The position numbers and the translations under genes were made by a program. A DNA stretch of 32,000 nt from positions 1 through 32,000 of the forward strand of contig NJBF01000011.1 of the NCBI GenBank assembly GCA_003144275.1. The letters are read 5' to 3'. Positions 1-9,831 of the stretch are shown piece after piece (position 1 is the first letter of the stretch; each line of letters begins with the position of its first letter). This DNA is from Candidatus Heimdallarchaeota archaeon B3_Heim. Lineage in GTDB: Archaea; Asgardarchaeota; Heimdallarchaeia; Hodarchaeales; Hodarchaeaceae. The notes under the pieces are model-generated. The model saw nothing but the letters and a program-made list of their open reading frames with translations. It ran no database searches and was not told where the DNA came from.

Positions 1-290
1 CGAACCTTAAAAACATGATTATAACCACGAGCAAAGCCAAATTTAGCACTAAGTAGATCGAGGTGGATTTTATTCATTCTAGCTCCATTCTCTAGAAGGG
101 CCATGACTCGTTTATTGGCTTCCTTTAAAGTTTTACTCACAGCTGCGCGTGATATTTGCTTTCGTTGCGCGATTTGTTTCCCTGTCAGTCGAGTTCTCTT
201 AAGTTGCCAGATCTCCATCTGTGATGTCGACGGGTACTTAAGCGTTAAGAATGATATCTTATCTTTAAGAGAGAAAGACATGTTATACAT
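1..290 (-). CDS. HTH-domain DNA-binding protein (partial, runs off the window edge)
   Basis: Manual translation of the minus strand (not in the ORF track): MYNMSFSLKDKISFLTLKYPSTSQMEIWQLKRTRLTGKQIAQRKQISRAAVSKTLKEANKRVMALLENGARMNKIHLDLL...; LTGKQIAQRKQISRAAVSKTL is a typical helix-turn-helix. ATG at 290 or 281. Confidence 0.75.
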   Translation of the reverse strand, partial: MYNMSFSLKDKISFLTLKYPSTSQMEIWQLKRTRLTGKQIAQRKQISRAAVSKTLKEANKRVMALLENGARMNKIHLDLLSAKFGFARGYNHVFKV

Positions 291-305
291 AATGAGCTAA
301 TCTTA

Positions 306-350
306 TATATAAAGTTAACTAAAATTGGTTGAATGTTTCAATTGGTTGAA
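306..350 (-). promoter_or_regulatory. Putative archaeal TATA box plus tandem direct repeat upstream of the HTH gene
   Basis: TTTATATA on the minus strand at 313-306, 25 nt upstream of ATG 281; AATTGGTTGAA occurs twice at 323-333 and 340-350. Confidence 0.45.
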
Positions 351-576
351 AAAAATTATAGTCATTTAAAATCGCCTTAGAAACAATTGATTAAGGCAAT
401 CTCTCCTTATTAAGCTTGCTAGTATTAGGTATTACTTCTTATGAGTGTAAGACACGGTTAAAATTGTATCCGATCCTTTTTTCATCGCTTTCAAGTAAGA
501 ATTATTTTATAATACCCCCCCAAAGGATATTTATAGCTCCCAGATCAATCGATTTATAGTCCATCCTTTTAAAGGG

Positions 577-1182
577 GTGGTAGAGTTAGCTGACTTTATT
601 TATGATATCATAAGTGGTATCATAATTGCGGTAGTTGGTGGGAGTATTGTCGCGTATTTACATAAATATTGGCAAAAAAACAACCTGAGATTATCAACCG
701 ATCCTAGTGCTGAAGGTTATAAGACTAAGATCATTAAAAACACCAGAGAGCATAAAAATTATCTTTACCATGATAACAATGCCTATTGGTATGATAGATC
801 AATAGAAACACATCATCTCTATTCCTATATTGCCCTTTTAATTAAACTGGAAGAAATTACGGAACTAGAGAATCTTCTAGGACTTAAGGATGGATACTTG
901 GGATATTTCTGGAAATTTTCTGGGTTTAGAAAACATTATAGAAAGCTGAAGGGAGATTGTGAATCTATTGGTACAAAATATCATGATTCTGAATTTCTTA
1001 AAATAATCAGATTCAGAGTTAAGGAAGAAGACAATAGAGATATTATAAGTTTAGAAGCGAGGGTTCGTAAAAAATCAAAAGCAAATAGCAATTTTAATGA
1101 TATGGGTAAATTAGATAAAATCCTCAATGAAGCTAATGAAACAATGCGTTATTATGCTGAAATTGGTAAACTAGAAATCTAA
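577..1182 (+). CDS. Hypothetical protein with N-terminal membrane anchor
   Basis: 201-aa ORF with GTG start; hydrophobic IISGIIIAVVGGSIVAYL followed by a soluble charged domain; no recognised motif. Confidence 0.6.
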   Translation: MVELADFIYDIISGIIIAVVGGSIVAYLHKYWQKNNLRLSTDPSAEGYKTKIIKNTREHKNYLYHDNNAYWYDRSIETHHLYSYIALLIKLEEITELENLLGLKDGYLGYFWKFSGFRKHYRKLKGDCESIGTKYHDSEFLKIIRFRVKEEDNRDIISLEARVRKKSKANSNFNDMGKLDKILNEANETMRYYAEIGKLEI

Positions 1183-1203
1183 ATAGATAAGGAGAGTGAT
1201 TAA

Positions 1204-1374
1204 ATGTTGAATAACGAGGTATTAGATGAATTTGATCTTGAAAACATCTTATTATGGAAGAGAGTAGCGGGAACTAGTCCAGAAGAAGCACAACAATTAA
1301 AATGGAAAGATTTTGAGTATCATAGAAGTGAAATAAATCTAGTTTATACTAGAGAATATTATAAAAAAGGGTGA
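1204..1374 (+). pseudogene. 56-aa ORF resembling a tyrosine-recombinase box I fragment
   Basis: MLNNEVLDEFDLENILLWKRVAGTSPEEAQQLKWKDFEYHRSEINLVYTREYYKKG; GTSPEEAQQLKWKDF parallels the G-x-R-x-x-E-x-x-x-L-x-W-x-D integrase motif, with Ser at the catalytic Arg position. AGGAGAG lies upstream. Confidence 0.35.
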
Positions 1375-1377
1375 AAA

Positions 1378-2607
1378 TTACAATTTCTTCTTCTTTTTAA
1401 GGAATGGCATTATTATTATCAATATTAATACATCTGGAAATAGATAGCTTGATGTTGGTTGGGCCGTGGTTTTATGCTCCGTTGTGGTTGGAAAAGAAGA
1501 AGGTATATCTGTTGGGAAAATAATCGAAGATCCTTCAAACAGAGCACGATAACGGGGATCATGATTGAAAGGTTCTCCACCCCATGTGGGGTAACAAATC
1601 CGATACGGGAAAGTAGCTTCTTCGATACCTAATGGTGGAATGGTTGGTAGATCACTCATGGACGGAAAAAATGACCCCCACCAATTATAAAGGTTTTGGG
1701 GTGCATTCCATTCAGAGATTTGATCACTGAAAAGTGTTTCTAACGTAACAGGTGATGCAATGGCTGAATACGCAGAATCATTTAAACCGAGATCATAAGT
1801 GTCATGAAACAGTGATTGAAAGATTGGCTCATCGTTAACCTTAATGATAGCGTCGGACATCCCATTAGTTCCATTCACTAAAATTAATTCAAATGCAGTT
1901 TCACAACTTACTATATTACCGAACAGTATAGAGAGGCTATAATTATCTAGGTTTACATCTTGAATTCTAACTTCTTGATCGCCTTCGAAACCATATTCAA
2001 AAACATCCCAAGTTCCCATCTCGATTGATAATTTTAATTCTGAATAATTACTGCTTACTTCAAATGCATATGTTAGATTAAGATTTTCAATAATTGCTTT
2101 TTTTCCGTAAGGAGGTGTAGAAGGGAACAAGTGGCCATCTGTTTCCATATAACCGACTTTCCAAGTATATAATATACTTGTAGCTGTGATGGATCTTTCA
2201 ATTTGGGGAAGGATATAATCTTGAGAACAATTGATTAAGATGTAATATTTTAATTCTTCTTTTAAATCAAGAATGTCATTGTCATTAATATCTTGGTAAA
2301 GTTCAAATCCAATAATTGTTGTTCCAATATAGAATGAGTCATTTCCATTGTTAAAATATTGTCCAAAGAACGGATAAAATGGAGCTTCCCCATCTTCTTC
2401 GTTGAAGATTGTAATAGAAAGAAAGGAGGTGTTGCTAGTATTGACCCAAGCATAAGAAAAATCGAAACCAGGTTGTGTAATAGTTCCAGATGCGTATTCT
2501 TCTCCGATCGGTATGTCCTGATGAACCACCCCGCTGATAGGCGAACCAAAAACCAGGAAAAGCCAGATCACAATTGATAATGTAATTACACTTAGAGATT
2601 GTTTCAT
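1378..2607 (-). CDS. Secreted/cell-surface protein with Thr-rich linker and C-terminal TM + basic tail
   Basis: N-terminal signal/TM (SLSVITLSIVIWLFLVFG), many N-x-S/T sequons, PTTTEHKTTAQPTSS linker, ending PDVLILIIIMPFLKKKKKL. ATG at 2607 preferred over TTG at 2619. Confidence 0.8.
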   Translation of the reverse strand: MKQSLSVITLSIVIWLFLVFGSPISGVVHQDIPIGEEYASGTITQPGFDFSYAWVNTSNTSFLSITIFNEEDGEAPFYPFFGQYFNNGNDSFYIGTTIIGFELYQDINDNDILDLKEELKYYILINCSQDYILPQIERSITATSILYTWKVGYMETDGHLFPSTPPYGKKAIIENLNLTYAFEVSSNYSELKLSIEMGTWDVFEYGFEGDQEVRIQDVNLDNYSLSILFGNIVSCETAFELILVNGTNGMSDAIIKVNDEPIFQSLFHDTYDLGLNDSAYSAIASPVTLETLFSDQISEWNAPQNLYNWWGSFFPSMSDLPTIPPLGIEEATFPYRICYPTWGGEPFNHDPRYRALFEGSSIIFPTDIPSSFPTTTEHKTTAQPTSSYLFPDVLILIIIMPFLKKKKKL

Positions 2608-2695
2608 AATTCTTTTCAATTCAAGATTCGCCTTCTAAAAATGCGAATTAATACTGTCCTAGAATAACAACAAACACTGTTTAAATATTTGTTTA

Positions 2696-3061
2696 ATGTG
2701 TCGATATTTAGAAAAACGATCTTTTTTCTTTTTAAAGATTGGGGATCTAATTGGGTGTGGGAAATGCGCAACTTCATGCGGAGACGGCGCATTTAACGCA
2801 ATTACTTTGGAAGGAAACATGTACGATCGTCTTCAACTACGGACAAGTGTGGTGCATTACCAGTATTTAAACAAAATAATGATATCATGTACAGATCCAC
2901 AATGTATTATTTCATCGCTGATATTGTCCCAGTACGGAATCAATTCATCCGAATGGCAGATGAACGATACCGTATCCGAAGGATCGTACAGACAGCTCCC
3001 ACCATTTCTGCTGGGATGGCCGAACGGGGGGATTATTGCCAAAGTATTCATACTAACTTAA
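2696..3061 (+). pseudogene. Possible remnant of a 4Fe-4S ferredoxin-type domain
   Basis: LIGCGKCATSCGDGAFNAITL resembles the CxxCxxCxxxC cluster motif of PreA-type C-termini, with the first Cys lost. Overlapping short ORFs in several frames suggest decay. Confidence 0.3.
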
Positions 3062-3585
3062 TTTGGGAGTTGTTCCGCTCCATAGATTATGAGTCAGACC
3101 TTGAACCTGCGACCCACTGGCTTCAAACCCTGTTAACAATAATAATAATAATATATGATATGGATATTCCAGTAGATTTTTTTTTGATTCGAAAGAAGAA
3201 GAAGACAACGATATGCTTTGAAAATTAAACTATATTGAGAAACGAGCTCACGATGGATCTTTTTGTATCGACTTCACGAGGGGTGACAAGGAAGAAGAAG
3301 TAGAGGAGGAATAAAGAGAAAAAACACTGTCAGAACTCTATGTTCTACTCTAAAATAGTGTTTAGCGATTTAAGAGCTCGAATTAAAATGAGTAAAATAG
3401 ATTCTATCTAAAATTGCAGGATATAAAGTGCCCATGATGAATACACTATGTAGAGTAAAGAAAAGAGGTGCAATAGAATTAATCCATTTTTCAACATAAA
3501 CCCCTTTGGAAAATGTCAGTCATTGGAAAATGTTAAATCTCGACAATTAATATCGATGTTATTACTTTAGTTTTGTACTTTCAAG

Positions 3586-5661
3586 GTGGAAAAGAAATTG
3601 ACAAAATGGTTTTTTCAGCATGATCCTGAAGAATATTCTCTAAGAAGAGACGCAGATCAATCAGAAATTCAATGGTGGAATGCAAAAACCATTACTGAAA
3701 AGCCAAGGTTTAAGAAATATGTTAAGAAAGTGAAAAAGGGAGAATATTGTATTTTTTGGCAATCAGGCAGAAACAGTGGAATAGCTGGATATGGAAGAAT
3801 TGTGAAGGGAATTAATGACGAACCCTCTGACCAGATCCACGTAAAATATCATCATATTTTGGATAAAATAATTACAAAAGAAGAATTACAACATACGAAA
3901 GGTTTTCAACTGGAATACCTTGGTGATTTAGGAACTCCAGGGACATATTTTCCAATACCCCAACCTGATGGTTGGAATTTTTTTAAAAAGATATTTAAGA
4001 AAGAATTAGGGATGGAAATTGAAGTTTTAAAGGAAAAAAGAGAAGAAAAAATTATTTCTGATGATCTATATTCTAATCTTCTAGAATGGAAGCAATACTT
4101 GCTGAGAGATGGAGTTAGAATTTGGGATAATCATACATCGCAAGCAGAAAATGAATTTCAGAAAATGCGGGAAAAAGCTAATTTTAAAGAGAGTGGTAAT
4201 CTTTCCCATATTCAATTCAAAAAATTATTTGAATATATGAGACGTTTTTCTAATAATGTTGGTTTGCAAGATAAGCTGTTTAGAGATCTTGACTTTTTTA
4301 ATAAAAAGTTAAGAAAACTTTATTATGGAGAAATGGAGTTTCCAGAAAGAGTTGAAGATTTTCTTTCGATTAAAGGTATCGCTATTCATACACTTTCGCA
4401 ATTTCTAGTTATATTTAATTCAAAAAAATATCCAATAATTACTAGACCTATGAAAGAGATGTTAAATTTAAGTGAACATGAAAAAGAAGTTGCTTTGAGC
4501 TTAGCTTTAGATCATTGGTCCATTGAAGATCCTAATAAATATTCTCCCATGACTTTGCGATTTTTGAGAGATTTTATGGTAATGAAAGAAATTAAAGAAT
4601 TATTACAAATAGAAAAATATGATTCTATCAATAAACTATTATGGATGGCTTATGACGTTGAAGAAGAGGAGGAAGAGGAAATTGATGATGAATTTGGGGA
4701 GTTTGAGCCATATTCAATACCAAAATTTCTCTATTTTGATGCAAAAACGAAAGAAAAGTTGCAATACCAAATAGGTAATCTAATCTCAAAGGATTACCAT
4801 ATAATTCTTATTGGGCCTCCTGGAACTGGTAAAACAAAACTAGCAAAAGATATCATTAAAAATTTTCATGGCGAAGACTACATCATTACAACTGCAACCT
4901 CAGATTGGACCACAACAGAAACTATTGGTTCTTATTTTCCTGAAGAAGATTCAGGTGACATTTCATTCAAGCCAGGATTATTTCTTCAATGTTTTTCGAA
5001 GAATAAACCTACTAAATGGTTGTTAATAGATGAAATCAATCGTGCTGACATTGATAAAGCTTTTGGATATTTTTTTACCGTTCTATCTGGAGACCGAGTA
5101 ATTTTACCATTCACAAAATCCAAAATCCCTATTGAAATAATTCCAGAGGAAGAATTAACTTCAGAGGATCAAAAAAATGCAGAAAATGTCTATATTGTAC
5201 CGAAAAATTGGAAAATTATTGCCACAATGAATACATTTGATAAATCATCGCTTTATGAAATGAGCTACGCTTTTATGCGTCGTTTTGCTTTTATTTACCT
5301 TGATATCCCAAAGAATGTGGACAATCCTGATATTATTCAAGGATATCTTAAAGCATGGGGATATGAAACAGATATTGATGATTCTGAAACCGAAAATCTC
5401 TTTCAATTATGGAAAGTCATCAATGAGTATAGGAAGATTGGGCCTGCTGTGATTAAGGATATCCTTGATTATGGTTTTTACGAGGAAGACCTTATCGACA
5501 TATTAAAGCTGTTTATTATACCTCAATTCGAAGGTTTAGAAGAAGAACGTATTATTGTATTTATTCTTCACCTAAATAGGAGTTTTAATAGTGTTGAGAA
5601 GGCTGAATTGGTAAATTACTTCAATGAGTACTTTGATCTGACAATAACACTTCCAGATTAA
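3586..5661 (+). CDS. mcrB: McrB-like AAA+ GTPase with N-terminal EVE (PUA-like) domain
   Basis: N-terminus WFFQHDPEEY...VKKGEYCIFWQSG...GIAGYGRIV...TYFPI is EVE-like. Walker A GPPGTGKT, Walker B LLIDEINRAD, McrB signature MNTFD, and AFMRRFAF. Followed by an McrC-like gene. Confidence 0.88.
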   Translation: MEKKLTKWFFQHDPEEYSLRRDADQSEIQWWNAKTITEKPRFKKYVKKVKKGEYCIFWQSGRNSGIAGYGRIVKGINDEPSDQIHVKYHHILDKIITKEELQHTKGFQLEYLGDLGTPGTYFPIPQPDGWNFFKKIFKKELGMEIEVLKEKREEKIISDDLYSNLLEWKQYLLRDGVRIWDNHTSQAENEFQKMREKANFKESGNLSHIQFKKLFEYMRRFSNNVGLQDKLFRDLDFFNKKLRKLYYGEMEFPERVEDFLSIKGIAIHTLSQFLVIFNSKKYPIITRPMKEMLNLSEHEKEVALSLALDHWSIEDPNKYSPMTLRFLRDFMVMKEIKELLQIEKYDSINKLLWMAYDVEEEEEEEIDDEFGEFEPYSIPKFLYFDAKTKEKLQYQIGNLISKDYHIILIGPPGTGKTKLAKDIIKNFHGEDYIITTATSDWTTTETIGSYFPEEDSGDISFKPGLFLQCFSKNKPTKWLLIDEINRADIDKAFGYFFTVLSGDRVILPFTKSKIPIEIIPEEELTSEDQKNAENVYIVPKNWKIIATMNTFDKSSLYEMSYAFMRRFAFIYLDIPKNVDNPDIIQGYLKAWGYETDIDDSETENLFQLWKVINEYRKIGPAVIKDILDYGFYEEDLIDILKLFIIPQFEGLEEERIIVFILHLNRSFNSVEKAELVNYFNEYFDLTITLPD

Positions 5662-5685
5662 CAAATTGTATATGAGAGAGCTTAA

Positions 5686-7104
5686 GTGAATTCAATCACA
5701 AAAACATCTGCTAACCAAATTTTAGAAGATGTTGGAATAGATTTAATGTTTTATTTGAAACAAGGTCTTAGATTCAAATCTGGATGTAATAAACTGAATC
5801 TCAATTTTTCTCAGGCAGACCTTATAAAACTTCTAAGGATTCAATTTTTGTTTCAGGATGATGTCCTAGATTTCTTGAACATCCTCAAAAAAGAGACGAA
5901 ACGAATAGGCCATATATCTACATTTAACCTAGTTAACGCTGATAAAATTGGAAATGGTGCAATTAATTGGCAAAAAACATTAAATTTAAGAGCTAAATCT
6001 GGTTTCACGCAAAAAAATTTGTATGCAATAAATGAACCTGAAAAATACTTTGAAACCAAGGAAAATCTTGTTTTAATTAAATTATTACAGAACCTTAGAG
6101 ACAGTTTCAATGAAATTAATTTTGCTCTTAAACAATCCTATGAATGGACTCAACAGATTCGTGACTCAAAGCTTTGGGATAAATTTCGATTTGTCTATTA
6201 CAGGAATCCATATCTTACAAATATTACACAGAAAAAGGTTACGATAAACCCTCGAACGATTCAAATTGTAAAAAAATCACGGAAGAAGCTATATAGGAGA
6301 GCTGCATTTCTACAAGAATGGTTTCACACATTAAGAAAACATATTTTTATTGAAAAAGACCTATCGAAATTTCTTGAAATATTTATTGTGAATCCTGATC
6401 AGATATCGGTGCTGTTTGAATTATATTGGATTATTCAGACATTAAAAGTTTTTAACGACCAAAAGGGGTTCCAAATAATTATGAAACCTCATAAAGGTGA
6501 TCAAAAAAACCTGATTGCTACATGGGAGGCCAATAATCTTACTTATCAACTTTTTCATAATTCTTTGGGTAATAAAACCTTTTTTTTGGAGAAAGCTGAA
6601 TTTAATAGTCTTCTTCAGGATTTTGATAAGCTTTCTCACCAATTTTTCTTTAGATATTATTCAGCGGTTAAGAAAAAACAAGATCTCATTGTTGAAGCGT
6701 TTAAAGACGAAAATCTAAATAAAAATGTTCTAAATCTTTGGACTGGAAGACCTGATGTTCTTATTGAAGCATATAATTCTGATTCATTGATTTTAGAGAA
6801 AATCCTCATTGTAGAAGTGAAATATAGTAGGAAGCTGCAATATATTTACCAAGGATTAGAACAGTTACTAATTTACTTAGCACTCATTAGGAGAAAGAGA
6901 TCTACAAAGTATTTACTTTCAAGAAGTCCCATTTCAACTGATTTAAAGGTTTCGGGTATGTTATGTTTTGATAAATTAGAAAATAATAATGTAATAGAAA
7001 TAAATAATCGTTTGAAAGAGTTAGGAGAACCTATAAGACTTTTTGAATATCAGCAAGATTTAACGTCATTTTTGACTAAATTTGCTGATTTGGATATTAA
7101 ATAA
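5686..7104 (+). CDS. mcrC: McrC-like PD-(D/E)XK restriction nuclease subunit
   Basis: 24 nt downstream of mcrB on the same strand; LFELYW motif and catalytic RPDVLI...IVEVKYS, then YQGLEQLLIYL. Confidence 0.78.
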   Translation: MNSITKTSANQILEDVGIDLMFYLKQGLRFKSGCNKLNLNFSQADLIKLLRIQFLFQDDVLDFLNILKKETKRIGHISTFNLVNADKIGNGAINWQKTLNLRAKSGFTQKNLYAINEPEKYFETKENLVLIKLLQNLRDSFNEINFALKQSYEWTQQIRDSKLWDKFRFVYYRNPYLTNITQKKVTINPRTIQIVKKSRKKLYRRAAFLQEWFHTLRKHIFIEKDLSKFLEIFIVNPDQISVLFELYWIIQTLKVFNDQKGFQIIMKPHKGDQKNLIATWEANNLTYQLFHNSLGNKTFFLEKAEFNSLLQDFDKLSHQFFFRYYSAVKKKQDLIVEAFKDENLNKNVLNLWTGRPDVLIEAYNSDSLILEKILIVEVKYSRKLQYIYQGLEQLLIYLALIRRKRSTKYLLSRSPISTDLKVSGMLCFDKLENNNVIEINNRLKELGEPIRLFEYQQDLTSFLTKFADLDIK

Positions 7105-7305
7105 ACTTTGAGAATCTTCTAAACTCATCTATAATCTTGAACAAATATTCACCTGACTTAATCAATCTTCCAAGTATGTAAAAAGCGTAGAAATGTAATG
7201 TGAAATAAACTAGAGGGACAATCTAATAGTTGATCAATATTTATTGCCCTTCAGGTGTCAGAAATTCTTTATTATCATCCTTAAGTCTGTCACTCGTTAT
7301 GTGAT

Positions 7306-7844
7306 TTATTCCTTTCCTTTACTAGACTTTTGTTTCAATTTGGCTGACTCCAAACTTAAATAATGTTCAGCTAATTCAATTCTAGTCCGAGTAGCTCCCT
7401 GTTTTTTTAATAACGATCCAATAGAATATTTAGGAGTTTCTAATCTCAGTAATTCAATTATTATATCTGTTAAGGTTAGCTCTGAGTCCACTACATCTTG
7501 TTTCTTCAAAGATAACTCAACTTTCTTATCTTTCTTCATTTGAGCTAACTTTTGCTTTCAAGTAGAATGAAAATCTTTTTTTTTTTATGAAACTGTTTTC
7601 TTTAAAACCATGTCAAATCAAAATATTTCCATTCATATTCAACATAGCATCCTAGCATTTGACCTAGATTAGCAAAATAACCCAAGATCATAGGTGTCCA
7701 TTTAGTATTATATTTTGTATCAGATCTAATACCAAATTGGCCATAATTTCTAATTATTCCATAAAATAAATCATCCATTTCGATCTTTAAAGTCATGATC
7801 CATCCCAATAAGTTATTTTTATAACCATAATACTGGTTCAACAA
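7306..7844 (-). pseudogene. Fragmented ORF(s), possibly a decayed nuclease-like gene
   Basis: ORF 7602-7844 (..LGCYVEYEWKYFDLTWF*) continues in frame past TAA as RKQFHKKKKIFILLESKS* across an A11 run (7576-7586); a separate 77-aa ORF occupies 7306-7539. Confidence 0.3.
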
Positions 7845-8350
7845 GTTATGCGCTTAAATTGCTTATTTAGGTTTGTAATAAGAGAGTTCTATTGTATTGG
7901 AAATAATTATGATAACAAAGAAACAAAATCTAAATAAAAAACTACTATATTCTGACCTCCAACAAATGATACCCTATAGAAGAAACAATAATCAGTAGGT
8001 TGATTAGGGTTTGTGAAAGGAAAGGAAGATCCCTAATGAGATTTGTAGAACGAATCTAGGCCTTTCCCCTGATAACCTCATATACACCGAGGATACACAT
8101 TATTTTATCAAACTCAGTGCTGATATCTGAATGTCTTTTAAAAATTATTTTTGACGTTCATCGCATTGACCCTGTCATCGAGAATAATTAGCGGTTCTAT
8201 ATTTTCAGAAACCAATATTCCTAGAGGTCATTTTTCTGAAAGATTTATATACCAATCAATGCTCTTAAAATAAGCATTAAAAATTTGGGATACAACTAGA
8301 GAGTTTGTCTAAACTGAATAATAGAGATTATATACAGATCTTTCATAAGA

Positions 8351-9575
8351 ATGAAATTTCTAGTGGAGGCTTATGTTTTGGCTGCGAAAAATCCAGTTGT
8401 TATAGTTGATGAAGACAATATTAGAAGTAATTTCATAAGTGAACTCAAATTAAACTATCGTATGAGGTTGAAAGCAATTAGTGAAGATCCACATGGGATT
8501 CTAGAGATTGATAAGGAATTATTGAATAAGGTGATCACCAATCCTATTCCAATTAGACATATTGTACCATCAACTGTTAATGACGATCTAAAGGTTGATG
8601 CATTTTTCAAAACATACAGAAAATCTTTTGTGATTGAATTCAAGGCTCCATATCTCTACCAGAGAAGAACAAGTGATAATCCATGTATTACTGCTGAAAT
8701 GAAATGGCGTCAGATCCATTACATGCAGGTAATATCTAAATTAACAACTGCAATAGGTGCTAATGTTCATGTTGAAACAGGTTATTATGCAATACCTTAT
8801 CCAGATCTACAATTGCCTCGTGCAGCTAAATATGATGAAAACAGTAAAAAAGAATTACTTGATCCTAGTAGGGATTCAATGGGAATAAATAAAGGTGAGG
8901 TTTGTAATCATCTTTTCTATTGCCCCTCGAGGCAAATTCGGCTTATTTCTCCATGCTCTCATCACCCACGTCATCATAGAGGAACTAAAAAGGCACGAGA
9001 CACACTTTGGGGGAGAAGGATAGCCAATTGGGTATTTAAATATAATATAAGTGACGTGAGAGCCAATAGTAGGATTGTTCCTGCTCATCCTCCTGATTGC
9101 AATCAACTGGTAATAGGAATTTATGAATGTTTACCTTTTCAAAATTTCTTCGAGCAGATTTTCACCCTTCCCAATCCAGGATCACCTTTTACAATAATAT
9201 CAGTATTTCTATTGAATAAACTTGTAGAAGCAAAGGGCGATATGAAAAAAGTTAGTATTGAATATAAAAAGCTTGAAAAAAGATTATCCCAAAACACTAC
9301 AGTCAGGAAGAACCTAACGTGGTTAAATAAGGAAAGTCTAGAGAAATTTTTAATCAAAATTTGTCCAATGGAAGCTGATTTAAAACCCCTAAATAAGTGG
9401 TTAAAATCTAGTAATTTGATTTTGATCCCAGAATTTGTTAATAAAGATCAAAAAATTTCCCAAAAGACATTATGCAATTCATCATATCGACTGGAATCCA
9501 AATAATAATGAGAATACGAATTTACTACTCCTGTGTTCACAGTGTCACCTAAGTTACCATAGGAAAAGAAAATAA
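8351..9575 (+). CDS. PD-(D/E)XK-like nuclease with C-terminal HNH domain reached by a +1 frameshift
   Basis: Main frame has KVDAFFKTYRKSFVIEFKAP (D...ExK) and a Cys/His cluster, and stops at 9505. The +1 frame from the A6 run at 9450-9455 reads KFPKRHYAIHHIDWNPNNNENTNLLLLCSQCHLSYHRKRK* (stop 9573-9575), a canonical HNH motif. Confidence 0.7.
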
Positions 9576-9831
9576 CAAATGTAGATAATAGAGCGAATCA
9601 GAAAAATCCACAACGTAAGCATATCATTCTTCAAGAAGGAGGTAATATTAGTGACATACAAGGTTATATCAATAGAAATGAGTTCTGTAAAGAATTTCTA
9701 GTATAATCCTAATTAAAATACTTAACCAGTAGTACTTGATTCAAAGTCCTGATCGGCAAAAGTGGAAAAATCGCCTTTAGCCTTTAGCGATAGTAATAAG
9801 TGATAATAGTCTCGCAAAATTAATTATAACA

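Noticed and set aside
103-300. 65-aa plus-strand ORF from the track
   Set aside because: It is the antisense shadow of the minus-strand HTH gene, which has a clear motif and a TATA box.
2262-2577. Short ORFs 2262-2549 (-) and 2359-2577 (+)
   Set aside because: They are nested in or antisense to the 1378-2607 surface-protein gene and have no motifs.
5853-6718. Short ORFs within mcrC
   Set aside because: Alternate-frame or antisense shadows.
8150-8200. DVHRIDPVIENN as a second HNH-like remnant upstream of the nuclease gene
   Set aside because: Too short and interrupted by stops; compatible with chance.
8455-9357. Three minus-strand ORFs opposite the nuclease gene
   Set aside because: Antisense shadows with no independent signal.
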